A stretch of 42,373 nt of DNA from a virus (IMGVR_UViG_3300046508_000105:1-42373), one strand, 5' to 3'; counted from the stretch's first letter, positions 1 through 9,264 are shown. Numbers and translations are program-made. Notes: a model not told the origin generated them from the letters alone.

Positions 1-68
1 TTTGATCGCCTCGGGTATGTAATCGTACCCATCCACCAATAAACCGGGGATCGCGACAAAGAGGCTGT
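1..68 (-). CDS. murE: Host flank: fragment of a Mur ligase gene (MurE/MurF N-terminal domain), cut by the phage left end
   Basis: The minus strand reads SLFVAIPGLLVDGYDYIPEAIK, matching the Mur ligase N-terminal motif LFVAIxGxxxDGHDYIxxA. Similarity stops at the phage TG (69). Confidence 0.7.
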
Positions 69-288
69 TGAAGGGAGTAAGATAATAGGAGACAAAGGAA
101 GCGAAGTGGGACTTGGCTGGTTAAAGCGGGATTATACGGGATGAAGGTCGGAATTTCATCAATGAATATGAGGGTATTTTATTTTTTGGCCGCGCCAAAT
201 AAATCAATGATCGGGGCAGTTGTCAATAGTTTTGTCGCAAAATATGTTTTTTCGAAACCCCATTAATAGAGAAACGAAATCGGCGACA
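69..288 (+). repeat. Phage left end (attL) with putative transposase-binding sites
   Basis: TG at 69-70; AATAGGAGACA 84-94; TGTCGCAAAAT 233-243 (inverted); AATCGGCGACA 278-288. Same motif as at the right end. Confidence 0.7.
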
Positions 289-322
289 AAATAATTTAAT
301 TTTTTTGACATACCTATTTAAC

Positions 323-703
323 TTATAGGGGTATGTTAATAAATTTAGAGCCAGTTGGTGGTATTCGAAATATAAAAGGTTTATTCTTTTTTTTTGCATG
401 ATCTTTAATGCGAGGCCAATTTCGGACTAATTGTAAAATCATATCACACCGCCCCCGATTTTTACCCCCCAAGAAAAAAGCGCCAATACAATATCTCCTA
501 AGTAAAATTGCTTCTGCCGGATGCCATCGGATATTTTCATCTCTTGTTATTAGAAAAATCTCATGTGTTCCCAAATATTCCAAAAGTACTGGGTCTTTAG
601 TATCCCCAGGAAGAACTTCCGTTAGGTGAATGACATTTTCACCGAAAGCTTTCAGGCCGGATGAAAGATGTTCACTGAGATTTTTGTCAATGAGGAATTT
701 CAG
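323..703 (-). CDS. PIN-domain (VapC45/DUF5615-like) toxin
   Basis: KFLIDKNL...D..LL......FLITRDENIR motif; lies downstream of a DUF433 gene. The likely start is CTG at 703, overlapping the antitoxin TGA (the ORF track starts it at 766). Confidence 0.75.
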   Translation of the reverse strand: MKFLIDKNLSEHLSSGLKAFGENVIHLTEVLPGDTKDPVLLEYLGTHEIFLITRDENIRWHPAEAILLRRYCIGAFFLGGKNRGRCDMILQLVRNWPRIKDHAKKKNKPFIFRIPPTGSKFINIPL

Positions 704-1395
704 GCGGCGATCGCACCCTCGAAACTCACTGCTGCCCGAACTTCCCGAGGAGATAGTTTCCACCATTTACAGGCTCTTATTATGTCCTTGTTTTCTGCAA
801 TATAGAAATCGTATATATTCTCAGTAACAATTCCCTTTCCAACGAGTGTCGGACGGCCGAAAGAAATAAGTGGATCTATAACTATTAATCCTCCTCCAGA
901 ATTAGGTATCCAGCGCCTTGCCAAACCGGTAGATCGATCAAATTCAATCTGTTTTGCTAATTGTTTAATGACCGAAGCTATTACCCATTGTCCGCCTGAC
1001 AAAAGCTGCAAAAGATTATCACCCTGTTTCCCCACTTTAACAAAAATTGCTTTACCATCGGTAAAAAATATTTCCCGTGCAAAATGATTTGTTCCTAAAA
1101 TTTCAGTAGCTTCGTTAAGAGCCCTGCGTAGTTTTTGAAGACTAACGCCATAATCCAGAAAACGTTTAACGAAAAGCAGGTCTATTAAATCAAGAAATGA
1201 AGCGTAGCTCGAAGTTGCTTTCTCATCTGATCTGCGCAATACAGGGCTTTTATGCCGAAAGTCGGATTCATAGGTATAGCTATATCCTTTAAGCCATCGC
1301 CTTATTCTTGTTGGATGAATACCAACGAGTCTGCCGGCCTCAGATGATGGATACATACACATATCTGCAATCAGTTCGTAGTCCGGATTGGTCAT
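700..1395 (-). CDS. HTH + DUF433 antitoxin (VapB45-like)
   Basis: N-terminal HTH (YPSSEAGRLVGIHPTRIRRWLKGY), SFLDLIDL, and C-terminal DUF433 motif IDPLISFGRPTLVGKGI...EVRAAVSFE. Confidence 0.85.
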   Translation of the reverse strand: MTNPDYELIADMCMYPSSEAGRLVGIHPTRIRRWLKGYSYTYESDFRHKSPVLRRSDEKATSSYASFLDLIDLLFVKRFLDYGVSLQKLRRALNEATEILGTNHFAREIFFTDGKAIFVKVGKQGDNLLQLLSGGQWVIASVIKQLAKQIEFDRSTGLARRWIPNSGGGLIVIDPLISFGRPTLVGKGIVTENIYDFYIAENKDIIRACKWWKLSPREVRAAVSFEGAIAA

Positions 1396-1501
1396 TTACA
1401 TCCACCTCAAAGTCTCTTTTATCATATCCAATTCTCCATGTCAGTAATTATATATCAGATGAAATTTATTCTGAAACAAAAACAAGGCAGTTCATTCATT
1501 A

Positions 1502-3004
1502 TCACACATCCAATTTATGTTGCAAACCTAACTGTTGCCTTGCCTTTGGGGCCTTCTTGAACGTCGCCTGTACTTGCATGATCGGGGGCATTTCTATTTT
1601 CTTCCCGGCCAGCAGTTCGGCTACGGTTAAAAGTTGAACCTTCGGGTACTTCTTTCCCCATAAGGAGGATTCATAAAAGCCCGCGGTAACCGCTTCAGTT
1701 TTCATCTGGGCCGGTGGTTTCAACATAGAGATAAGAACCCCTATCGCCGCCTTTTCCCGCTCCAGGACTCCCTTCAGATCCCGGACATGTGCAGAGCCGG
1801 TCTTCCCGGCCTTTACCGACAGGATAACGTTTTCAAAGGTTCCCGGCTTATCTCCCTGGAAGATGATCCGCCCGTCAATACCTTTGTCTGCTCCCTTTTT
1901 TTGCTCGACAGGCCGCGCCCCCACAAGACCAAGAGCCCACCATTGGAATTGATATGGGTCGGATTCGGCCAGCCGCTCGGCGTCCGGTACGCTCACGGGT
2001 TCACCTATCGTCTTGAACGCGGCTGACTCTCCGAAGGCGTCCTTAAGGCGCACCTTGATCAGGTTTATAGCAAGATGCGTAATGTCTATTCCGATCCACG
2101 GACGGCCCAGCTTCTGCGCGGCAGCGATTGTGGTCCCGCACCCGCAGAAGGGATCAAGTACAACGTCACCTGGGTTGCTACTCGCGGTGATGATCCGCTC
2201 CAAAAGGGCTTCGGGCTTCTGTGTAGGATAACCAAGTCGCTCCTTGGAGGAATTGTTTATTTTGTCAATATTCCACACATTGTCACCATATGCGCCGACT
2301 GCCATTGCCTCGTCCAGATAGCGACCGACCCGTTTTCCACCGCCAGCGTCAGACAGCACATAATCACGCCCCGTCTCGTCTGTATGCACCTTTTGTTTTC
2401 TGACCTTCACATACTCCTCAGTTGATGACCACGGCCTGGCCCAACTATGGAAGGTTTGCTCATCCTCCGTACCTTTGCCATAGAACAGCAATATGTCCGT
2501 CCGGCTCTCGAAGCTGGCTTTTAGCTTCTTGTTCCATCCCGAGTAGTGCCAGATGATCTCATTCCTGAAGCGACGCGCCCCAAACACCGCATCCATAACC
2601 AGCTTTAAATAGTGGCTCGCCGTGGGGTCGCAATGAAGGTAGATGCTTCCGGTCGGCTTCAGCACGCGGCGCAATTCCACAAGGCGCGGTGCCATCATCA
2701 CGAGATAGGCCAGCATGTCGCATTCGCCCAGAAAGGTTCTGAATGCTTGTAGGCAATCGGAGACCTTCCCTCCCGCCGTCACGATCTCCGCAAAGACGGA
2801 TTCGCTTTCCTGTGTCCAAGTCCAGGTGTCCGTGAAAGCCTGGATCTGGCTTGCAGCCTTGCTACCGTCTTTCTCGGCAAATAGAACGTTGTAATTTGTA
2901 TTGGAGTTGAAAGGTGGGTCCAGGTAAACGAGGTCAACACTCTCGTCCTTCACGTAGCGCCGAAGAATGTCAAGGTTGTCACCATAATAAAGAGTATTAT
3001 CCAT
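1502..3004 (-). CDS. Site-specific DNA methyltransferase (N4/N6, beta class) fused to an Mrr-like restriction endonuclease domain
   Basis: LYYGDNL, YLDPPF (motif IV), YPTQKPEALL, DPFCGCGT (motif I); C-terminal DKGIDG...LSVKAG PD-(D/E)xK-type domain. Confidence 0.88.
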   Translation of the reverse strand: MDNTLYYGDNLDILRRYVKDESVDLVYLDPPFNSNTNYNVLFAEKDGSKAASQIQAFTDTWTWTQESESVFAEIVTAGGKVSDCLQAFRTFLGECDMLAYLVMMAPRLVELRRVLKPTGSIYLHCDPTASHYLKLVMDAVFGARRFRNEIIWHYSGWNKKLKASFESRTDILLFYGKGTEDEQTFHSWARPWSSTEEYVKVRKQKVHTDETGRDYVLSDAGGGKRVGRYLDEAMAVGAYGDNVWNIDKINNSSKERLGYPTQKPEALLERIITASSNPGDVVLDPFCGCGTTIAAAQKLGRPWIGIDITHLAINLIKVRLKDAFGESAAFKTIGEPVSVPDAERLAESDPYQFQWWALGLVGARPVEQKKGADKGIDGRIIFQGDKPGTFENVILSVKAGKTGSAHVRDLKGVLEREKAAIGVLISMLKPPAQMKTEAVTAGFYESSLWGKKYPKVQLLTVAELLAGKKIEMPPIMQVQATFKKAPKARQQLGLQHKLDV

Positions 3005-3030
3005 TATTTATCCATTGACAAGCAAGGCGA

Positions 3031-3429
3031 CTACTTAACTTTACATGCATCAAATGCCTTTACAGTAATTGTCCGGCGAATATTTCCATCGCCAAAGACA
3101 TGATGAACATGAGCCTCCGCAAGCGTCTTGCCATTATTTTCACTAAACTCAATCACAAGAGAAGCCGGCTCAACATGCCCAGCCTCATTAATAACTCCTG
3201 TCACCTGCACCTGGTAGGAATAAACATAGACGTTCCAGAAATATCCAAGGTCAGCAGCCTCTTTTTGCCAATATCTCCCTACACATCGCGTGGCTTCTGT
3301 CACGGAACCTTTCATTTCAGCGACAGCAAATGGCGGCTCTTGAAGCGTTGTTTTCATATTCACTATCCCGACGCTGCAACCAGATAGAAACATCACGCAT
3401 GCGACCATAGTAATTAATTTTTTGAGCAT
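3031..3429 (-). CDS. Lipoprotein of unknown function (candidate superinfection-exclusion protein)
   Basis: MLKK + hydrophobic core + lipobox LSGC; lies directly downstream of the repressor in the same orientation. Confidence 0.65.
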   Translation of the reverse strand: MLKKLITMVACVMFLSGCSVGIVNMKTTLQEPPFAVAEMKGSVTEATRCVGRYWQKEAADLGYFWNVYVYSYQVQVTGVINEAGHVEPASLVIEFSENNGKTLAEAHVHHVFGDGNIRRTITVKAFDACKVK

Positions 3430-3447
3430 GAGTTACCCTCTTTATTT

Positions 3448-4143
3448 CTATCGTTCCAGATCCCGGGCGTACCAGATCACTTTGCCGTTGACGCGGACTT
3501 TGTCCGTCGTGATTTCTCGATGAGGATATTGCTTATTATCGCTGATGACAAGGATTTTTTCCGGTGAATCGGCGGGCTGGACGCGCTTGATCATGATCTC
3601 ATCGTCAATCGCAATGGCATAGATTCCACCCTGGGGAGAGATACTATTTCGGCTATGGTTGACCAGGACGAGGTCTCCGTCAAGCAGGGTCGGATCCATG
3701 CTGTCCCCGGAAACTTTGATCAATGACATATTACCCGGGTTTCCCTTCTTTTTGATCCAGTCCCGCCGGAAAGCGAGCTGCACGTCAGCATCGTTATCGG
3801 GAACCAGGCCGCCGCCGGCGCTGATCTGACCACACTTCCTTTCTATTAATACGAATTCATCGGGTTGATTATACGGATGCTCAGGGGAAAATATTTTTTG
3901 GACGTCGGTTCCCGGATCAGACTCGCCTTCGCCAGTGAGGAGATAGGATTTTTGACATTTATAATATAGTCGTATTTTTTCCGTGTTTCTCGGTCCAGGC
4001 AAAACGCCGCGTTCATATTGTTGAAGGGAACTCAATCCGATGCACATTTGTTTAGCAGTCTCCACGCGACTCAAACTCTTTTGAGTCCTTAATTTTAAAA
4101 GGCGGGCTCCAAAATCAGCGTCTTTTATTTTATCATTCTGCAT
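3448..4143 (-). CDS. CI-like phage repressor (XRE HTH + S24 peptidase)
   Basis: FGARLLKLRTQKSLS HTH; AGGG cleavage region, VSGDSMDPTL and IKRV S24 motifs. Start placed at ATG 4143 (MQNDK). Confidence 0.9.
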   Translation of the reverse strand: MQNDKIKDADFGARLLKLRTQKSLSRVETAKQMCIGLSSLQQYERGVLPGPRNTEKIRLYYKCQKSYLLTGEGESDPGTDVQKIFSPEHPYNQPDEFVLIERKCGQISAGGGLVPDNDADVQLAFRRDWIKKKGNPGNMSLIKVSGDSMDPTLLDGDLVLVNHSRNSISPQGGIYAIAIDDEIMIKRVQPADSPEKILVISDNKQYPHREITTDKVRVNGKVIWYARDLER

Positions 4144-4163
4144 TATAAAAACAACCCTTTCCC

Positions 4164-4286
4164 ATGCATCAGTTAGATATCTAACCGATGCATTAACTGA
4201 TGCGCAACTGTTGCGCGTGTATATCACTTATAATATCACGCATTTAAGCAATGTTTTAACTAAATTAATAAAAAATCAACCGATGC
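4164..4286. promoter_or_regulatory. Operator array in the repressor/ner divergent region
   Basis: AAC(C/T)G(A/T)TGC at 4166-4174 (rc), 4183-4191, 4195-4203, 4206-4214 and 4278-4286. 4164-4193 is a near-perfect 30-bp inverted repeat. Confidence 0.65.
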
Positions 4287-4299
4287 GTTACTTTTTTAC

Positions 4300-4330
4300 T
4301 TGACATGGTTATTTTGTTGGTGTATAGCAT
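4300..4330 (+). promoter_or_regulatory. Putative early promoter (Pe)
   Basis: TTGACA 4300-4305, then TATAGC/TAGCAT at 4323-4330, upstream of ner. Confidence 0.55.
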
Positions 4331-4373
4331 TCCTCAATCAAGCCAACACTAATTTAGAAAAAGAGGACCGGCC

Positions 4374-4658
4374 ATGAAAACAGACTATTCCGATATGACC
4401 CCTATCGAGATCCGCGTCGCCATCCTCCGGGCGTTGACGACCCAGGCGGCAATCGCCCGGACCGCAAAATGCAGCCGGGAGATGGTTTGCCGCGTCATCG
4501 ACGGGAAGGTTGTCTCCGACCGGATCCGCCGGGCGATCGCCGATGCGATTTCCATCCCTGCGGAGCGGATCTGGCGGTCCTACTACTTAACCTACACGCC
4601 GGGCAGGCGCGGGCGGCACGTTTCTACCAACAAGCGCTCAATGACGGCTGCATGTTAA
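4374..4658 (+). CDS. ner: Ner/Nlp-like HTH regulator
   Basis: MTPIEIRVAI...QAAIAR...RRAIADAISIPAERIW; divergent from the repressor, in the Mu ner position. Confidence 0.8.
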   Translation: MKTDYSDMTPIEIRVAILRALTTQAAIARTAKCSREMVCRVIDGKVVSDRIRRAIADAISIPAERIWRSYYLTYTPGRRGRHVSTNKRSMTAAC

Positions 4659-4679
4659 CCTAATATTTCGGGGTTTTCA

Positions 4680-5156
4680 ATGGCTAAGTTAAAAAAATCA
4701 TTAGACACGAATCAGCTCAGCCTTTTTGACATTCTCAAAACCTACCAGGATCAAAACTCCAATACGAAGCCGGTCGGCAGTTTCAATATCGACCGGTCCT
4801 TCCGGGAGGCGATCAGCGCCGCTCTGAAACAGTGCCCGTTATCGCGCTACCAGGTGGCCGCCCGGATGAGCGAGTTGACCGATACGGACATCACCAAAAC
4901 CATGCTCGATAGCTGGACGGCGGAGTCGAAAGAGCAGCACCGCTTTCCGGCCATTTTTTTGCCTGCTTTCTGCGAGGCGGTGGGATGTACGGAACCCCTG
5001 AAGATGATCGGCGCCCTGGTGGGCGTCTTTGTCCTGCCCGGACCGGAGGCACTGCGGGCGGAGATCCAACGGATGGACGAGGAGATCACCAGAAAGCAGA
5101 ACGAGAAACGGAAACACCTTATGTTTTTGAAGGAAATGGAGGGGAATCTATCATGA
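4680..5156 (+). CDS. Phage regulatory protein (CII-like, conserved in Mu-like phages)
   Basis: SRYQVAARMSELT..ITKTMLDSWTAESKEQHRFP motif; lies between ner and transposase. Confidence 0.6.
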   Translation: MAKLKKSLDTNQLSLFDILKTYQDQNSNTKPVGSFNIDRSFREAISAALKQCPLSRYQVAARMSELTDTDITKTMLDSWTAESKEQHRFPAIFLPAFCEAVGCTEPLKMIGALVGVFVLPGPEALRAEIQRMDEEITRKQNEKRKHLMFLKEMEGNLS

Positions 5157-5314
5157 AGAATCGCATTCTCTATTATCAGCGAATCATCGAAAGCACCGAC
5201 TGGGACAATGAACTCATCAAAAAAGAACCTTTTATCAACAAGGGCTGCTGGGCAGTCGCCTCAATCGCCGTCCTCTTTTTCGGGGCGATCCTGTTCAAGA
5301 TCGTGGTCAGGTAG
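5153..5314 (+). CDS. Small membrane protein
   Basis: ATGA overlap with the upstream gene; C-terminal hydrophobic helix WAVASIAVLFFGAILFKIVV. Confidence 0.5.
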   Translation: MKNRILYYQRIIESTDWDNELIKKEPFINKGCWAVASIAVLFFGAILFKIVVR

Positions 5315-5323
5315 GGACAAGCC

Positions 5324-7657
5324 ATGACGGATCAAACCTACACAGCGAAGCAAATAGCCGATATCACGGGGAAACACAAGACCAGCATTACGAGAAGAGC
5401 ACAAAAAGAATCATGGCAATACGTCAATGGGAACGGAAAAGGCGGGAACAACGTGAAGTACCCCCTCGCCTCCCTGCCCTCGGATATCCAGTCAGCCATC
5501 CTGCTATATGATGATAAGTCATATACTAATAAGGATACGGAAAACCCACCCAGGGGGAATTCGGCGGGAACAATCGAACCCAACGGCAGACTCCTGGACC
5601 AGCTGGCCGTCGTTTCGCCTGCCGCCGCCTCCACGGTCCTCGACGCGCTGGCTCCGGCCAATCCCCTGGAGGTCTTCGGCTTCCCCGCAAATTACGGCAA
5701 CCTCATGGCTGCCGCAGCGCAGCCCATCGCCATCAATGAAAACTCCATCAATCACTTTGACCTGCAGAACAACAAATTCTGCGCACGCATGGCCATCCTG
5801 CGGGACATGGAGGGCATGCCGGTCTCCTGGAAACTGGGCCGCCGCAAGTGGGTGGAATCCGTCGCGGCAAAGCACCGGGTCTCCTGGCAGCAGTGCTACC
5901 GGATGGAGGGCAAGGTCAAGGCAAAGGGACTGGTTGCTCTGCGCCATACCAACGCATCCAAAAATCAGCCGAAGAAATGGACGCCCGAGGCCATCGATTA
6001 CTGGTGCGGGCTCGTCCTGAAGCGGGAGCACCGGAAGATGGACCGCAAGATCCTCTACGCCGAACTCGTGATCGAGGCAAACCGGCGCGGCTGGGAGATC
6101 GGCACCGTCGAATCGGCCTCCTGGTGGTACCATAAAAAGGTTACGCCCCTCATGGCAGCCTACGCAAAAGGCGGCATGCTCGCCCTGGACAATCTTTTGC
6201 CGCCGGTCCTGCGCGACTATTCCGACCTGGCGCCCTTCGAGATCCTCGTCGGCGATCAGCACCGGTTCGATTTCTGGTGCATCGATGACGACACCCTGCA
6301 GACGGTCCGGCCCGAGTGTTATCTCTGGGTCGATCTGCGGACGCGCATCGCCTACGGCATTGCCACGGACCGCAAATATGACGCCCACCTGATGGCCCAG
6401 GCCCTGCGCCACGGCCTCAAGAGCTGGGGCGCTTTCGGCTCCATCTTCACGGACAACGGCAAACCGGAGCTGTCCAAGCATATCACCAGTATCCTCGCCA
6501 CCATGCGGAGCCTCGGCCTCGAGTGGGCACAGACCATCGACGTCCCGATGGACGTGATCGATTACGACGGCGACGAGGTCAACCCTTGCGTGCTCATGCC
6601 GGGCACCCACAAGAAGGCCGTCGTCAAAAACGCCAAAAGTAAACTCATCGAGCGGTATTTCCAGGAAGTGGAGCGCGCCCTGGTCAATTTCATCCGCCTG
6701 CCCGGCTACGTCAAGGATCTGCACGGCGACATCCATGAGCAGGACGTCGACCAGGCGGAAGTCAAGGCGCTGTCCGAGAAAGGCCGCCTGCCCTACCTGT
6801 CCGAATTCGCGGCGATGGCCATGCAGGCCTGTTATTACCTGAATCAGCAGCACCATCGCGGCGTGGCGCGGGAATGGATCTGGGGAGAGAAGCCGGCACG
6901 GACGTCGCCCCTGGATTGCCTGGTGGCCTGCTGCAACGACGGCTGGAGGTCCCGTTTCCTGACCACCGACGCCATCGATGCCCTGCTGATGAAGCGCGAA
7001 AAGCGAATCGTCAACAAGGGCCGCGTCCAGTACCAGAACGACTGGTATGAGCACGACGCGCTGCTGGATCACCACGGCGAGCATGTTGCCGTCGGCTCCG
7101 ATCCGCTGGGCGAGGATGTCCTGCTGGTCTTCCTCGGCAGCCAATACCTCTGCACGGCCACGCCCGTGTCCTACTCCAGCATGAAAGAAATGGGGATCGC
7201 GCGGCAAAAGATCGTCCAGAAGCGGGAACGGCGCAGCCGCATCGCCCTGCAGGTGCGCGAGATGACGGCGGGGCTGCCTGATCTGCGGAACTATCCCGAA
7301 TCGAACCTGGAGCGCTCCGCCGCGCAGATCGCCGATGATCGTCGGGCGCGTGAGATCGAACACAAGGAAAAGAACCGGCCGCTGACCCAGGTGGAGCTGG
7401 ATGAAGGCGTGCGGCAGCTCGAAGTGCTGAATCGCCTGCCCGTTGCCAAAAAGGCCGTTGCGGTACCGCCGCGGCCAGGCTCCTGGATCTCCGATGCCTA
7501 TCGCCATCAATGGTGCATCCAGGCGGCAGTTGCCGGGGTCATCACCGAAGAAGATCGCGCCTGGATGATGAATCATGAAGCACAGATGAGCCCGTCCGCA
7601 CGGGAACGCTGGGAATTTGAACGCGGATACCAATCGGCGGAAGCGGGCCAATTATAA
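5324..7657 (+). CDS. MuA-like DDE transposase
   Basis: N-terminal Mu-type DNA-binding domain (YTAKQIADI...RRAQKESW); DDE residues in GDQHRFD, TDNGK and KLIERYF; Mu transposase C-terminal region. Confidence 0.95.
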   Translation: MTDQTYTAKQIADITGKHKTSITRRAQKESWQYVNGNGKGGNNVKYPLASLPSDIQSAILLYDDKSYTNKDTENPPRGNSAGTIEPNGRLLDQLAVVSPAAASTVLDALAPANPLEVFGFPANYGNLMAAAAQPIAINENSINHFDLQNNKFCARMAILRDMEGMPVSWKLGRRKWVESVAAKHRVSWQQCYRMEGKVKAKGLVALRHTNASKNQPKKWTPEAIDYWCGLVLKREHRKMDRKILYAELVIEANRRGWEIGTVESASWWYHKKVTPLMAAYAKGGMLALDNLLPPVLRDYSDLAPFEILVGDQHRFDFWCIDDDTLQTVRPECYLWVDLRTRIAYGIATDRKYDAHLMAQALRHGLKSWGAFGSIFTDNGKPELSKHITSILATMRSLGLEWAQTIDVPMDVIDYDGDEVNPCVLMPGTHKKAVVKNAKSKLIERYFQEVERALVNFIRLPGYVKDLHGDIHEQDVDQAEVKALSEKGRLPYLSEFAAMAMQACYYLNQQHHRGVAREWIWGEKPARTSPLDCLVACCNDGWRSRFLTTDAIDALLMKREKRIVNKGRVQYQNDWYEHDALLDHHGEHVAVGSDPLGEDVLLVFLGSQYLCTATPVSYSSMKEMGIARQKIVQKRERRSRIALQVREMTAGLPDLRNYPESNLERSAAQIADDRRAREIEHKEKNRPLTQVELDEGVRQLEVLNRLPVAKKAVAVPPRPGSWISDAYRHQWCIQAAVAGVITEEDRAWMMNHEAQMSPSARERWEFERGYQSAEAGQL

Positions 7658-7669
7658 CGAGGGGGAATC

Positions 7670-8359
7670 ATGAAACAGGAATTTATCACGACAGGGAACA
7701 CCGGGATATTCGATGAGATTTGCGATGAGCTGACGTCGGGCACGTCCATGATCGGGCCGTCGCTGGCGATGGTCACCGGCCCGGCCGGACGCGGCAAAAC
7801 CGAGGCGGCGCGTCATTATGCCGTGCACTCCGAGGCGATCTACCTCCCGCCCATGAACATCCGGAGCCCGGCGATGGTGCTGCGCGAGATCAGCTTCGAA
7901 CTGGCGAAGGTGCGGCCCAACCGGTCGGACGCCTGCCTGGCCGTCATCGGCGAAGAGATGGCGAAACACCGCCGGCTGATCATGATCGACGAGGCGGACC
8001 TGCTGGAAATGAAGGTTCTGGAGATGCTGCGCAACGTCAACGAGCGTTTTGCCTGCCCGATCCTGCTGATCGGCGAAGACGATTTAAAGGGACGGATCGC
8101 CTCCCGCCGGCGCCTGGCCAGCCGGATCCGGCGCAAGATGGATTTCGGCCCCATCCACCAGCGAGACATCGCCTTCTTTTTTCAGAAGGCGATGGACGTC
8201 AAGACCGATCCGGAGGCGATCGGACTCATCCTAAAGCACAGTGGCGGCGACTGGCGTCCGGTCCTGACGGTAGCAGCCGCCCTCGAACGGTCCATGAAAG
8301 CGTCGAGCCTCGACGAGATGACCCTGGAGATGGTGAAAGATGTCCTCAAAAACGCCTAA
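7670..8359 (+). CDS. MuB-like AAA+ transposition ATPase
   Basis: Walker A GPAGRGKT, Walker B IMIDEAD, arginine finger RLASRI; follows the transposase. Confidence 0.92.
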   Translation: MKQEFITTGNTGIFDEICDELTSGTSMIGPSLAMVTGPAGRGKTEAARHYAVHSEAIYLPPMNIRSPAMVLREISFELAKVRPNRSDACLAVIGEEMAKHRRLIMIDEADLLEMKVLEMLRNVNERFACPILLIGEDDLKGRIASRRRLASRIRRKMDFGPIHQRDIAFFFQKAMDVKTDPEAIGLILKHSGGDWRPVLTVAAALERSMKASSLDEMTLEMVKDVLKNA

Positions 8360-8834
8360 GACCGGCCTGGCCGTGCGCATGCGGGACTGGATGAAGGGGT
8401 GCAGTCGTCTCTTCAGCGTCGGTCAGCTTTGCAGCAGTTTGGCAATACCGCAGGGAAAGGAACGGGACAAGGTTGGAAAAGCCATTTCTGATTTCATCAA
8501 AAGAGGTGAAATCTCCATCGTTGTAGACAAACGAATTCGGCGACAACCTGGGAAGCGGTACCGTTACAACCGCGGCTGGAAAAAGTCCGTTCCCAAACCC
8601 GTCGCGGACAAAATCTACAAGGCCATGTATGTCTCGGTCAGCTTCACGGGCCCGGAGATCCGGAGGCTGGCGGAGGTCGAGGAGACGGGATACATGTTGC
8701 GGCTCATCAGGGAGCTGCTCGAATCGGGCATGATCCAGGTCGTCGGACGGCGGCGCTGCGCCCACGGCGCCGGAGCGGAGCGGCAATATCATATTCCCAA
8801 CCGGGATCGTTTCCGTCTGGAGGTGATGAAATGA
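8340..8834 (+). CDS. Hypothetical winged-helix DNA-binding protein
   Basis: Basic protein with two wHTH-like segments; overlaps the MuB stop. Confidence 0.6.
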   Translation: MSSKTPKTGLAVRMRDWMKGCSRLFSVGQLCSSLAIPQGKERDKVGKAISDFIKRGEISIVVDKRIRRQPGKRYRYNRGWKKSVPKPVADKIYKAMYVSVSFTGPEIRRLAEVEETGYMLRLIRELLESGMIQVVGRRRCAHGAGAERQYHIPNRDRFRLEVMK

Positions 8835-9121
8835 TGACATTTATTGGCAAACGCCTCAAATTCGCTTTTAGGGGCAATTCGTCGAAATACGCCTGGTTTG
8901 CGAATGAACGGAAGTGGGTCGTGACTGGCAGGCATGGAGAGGGCTTAATTGGTATTATCGAATGGTGTCGGACTCAAAACTGCTATGCCTTCCATCCGGG
9001 CCCACAGAGCACCTTCGACGCGGACGTCCTGACAGAGATCGCCATTATTTGTGCGGAGGAGACGCGCCGCGCAGAAGGACACATGCCTTTTGAGGAAGCG
9101 CCAACGGAGGTCGTGAAATGA
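8831..9121 (+). CDS. Hypothetical protein
   Basis: GGAGG RBS and ATGA overlaps at both ends. Confidence 0.6.
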   Translation: MMTFIGKRLKFAFRGNSSKYAWFANERKWVVTGRHGEGLIGIIEWCRTQNCYAFHPGPQSTFDADVLTEIAIICAEETRRAEGHMPFEEAPTEVVK

Positions 9122-9264
9122 GATACTTTATAGCATACGCCTGTACTTTGGTTGCAATCCTCTTCTCGTATTCTTTTTGGGGGCTTTCTTTTGTGGATGC
9201 TACGTCAGCAGCCATATGGTCAGCATATGGCCTCATTATTGGTTGGCTTTGTAAGGTGGCGTGA
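9118..9264 (+). CDS. Small two-helix membrane protein (48 aa)
   Basis: Read by eye: MRYFIAYACTLVAILFSYSFWGLSFVDATSAAIWSAYGLIIGWLCKVA. GGAGG RBS and ATGA overlap; lower GC. Confidence 0.55.
   Translation: MRYFIAYACTLVAILFSYSFWGLSFVDATSAAIWSAYGLIIGWLCKVA

Noticed and set aside
1-42. Plus-strand FDRLGY resembling GroEL FDRGY (would imply one interrupted groEL)
   Set aside because: The frame stops at 40-42 and lacks LSPY; the minus strand gives a much better Mur-ligase match.
221-310. TGTCAA...TTGACA inverted ends as the phage left end or a MITE
   Set aside because: TG at 69 places a binding motif at the same offset as at the right end and coincides with the end of the host murE-like frame. 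The 221-310 symmetry is explained by two oppositely oriented internal binding sites.
5519-7651. 710-aa antisense ORF, and similar long shadow ORFs (15225-16664, 12970-14202, 16586-17668, 31028-31951)
   Set aside because: They lie antisense to well-supported genes in GC-rich DNA and have no recognisable motifs.
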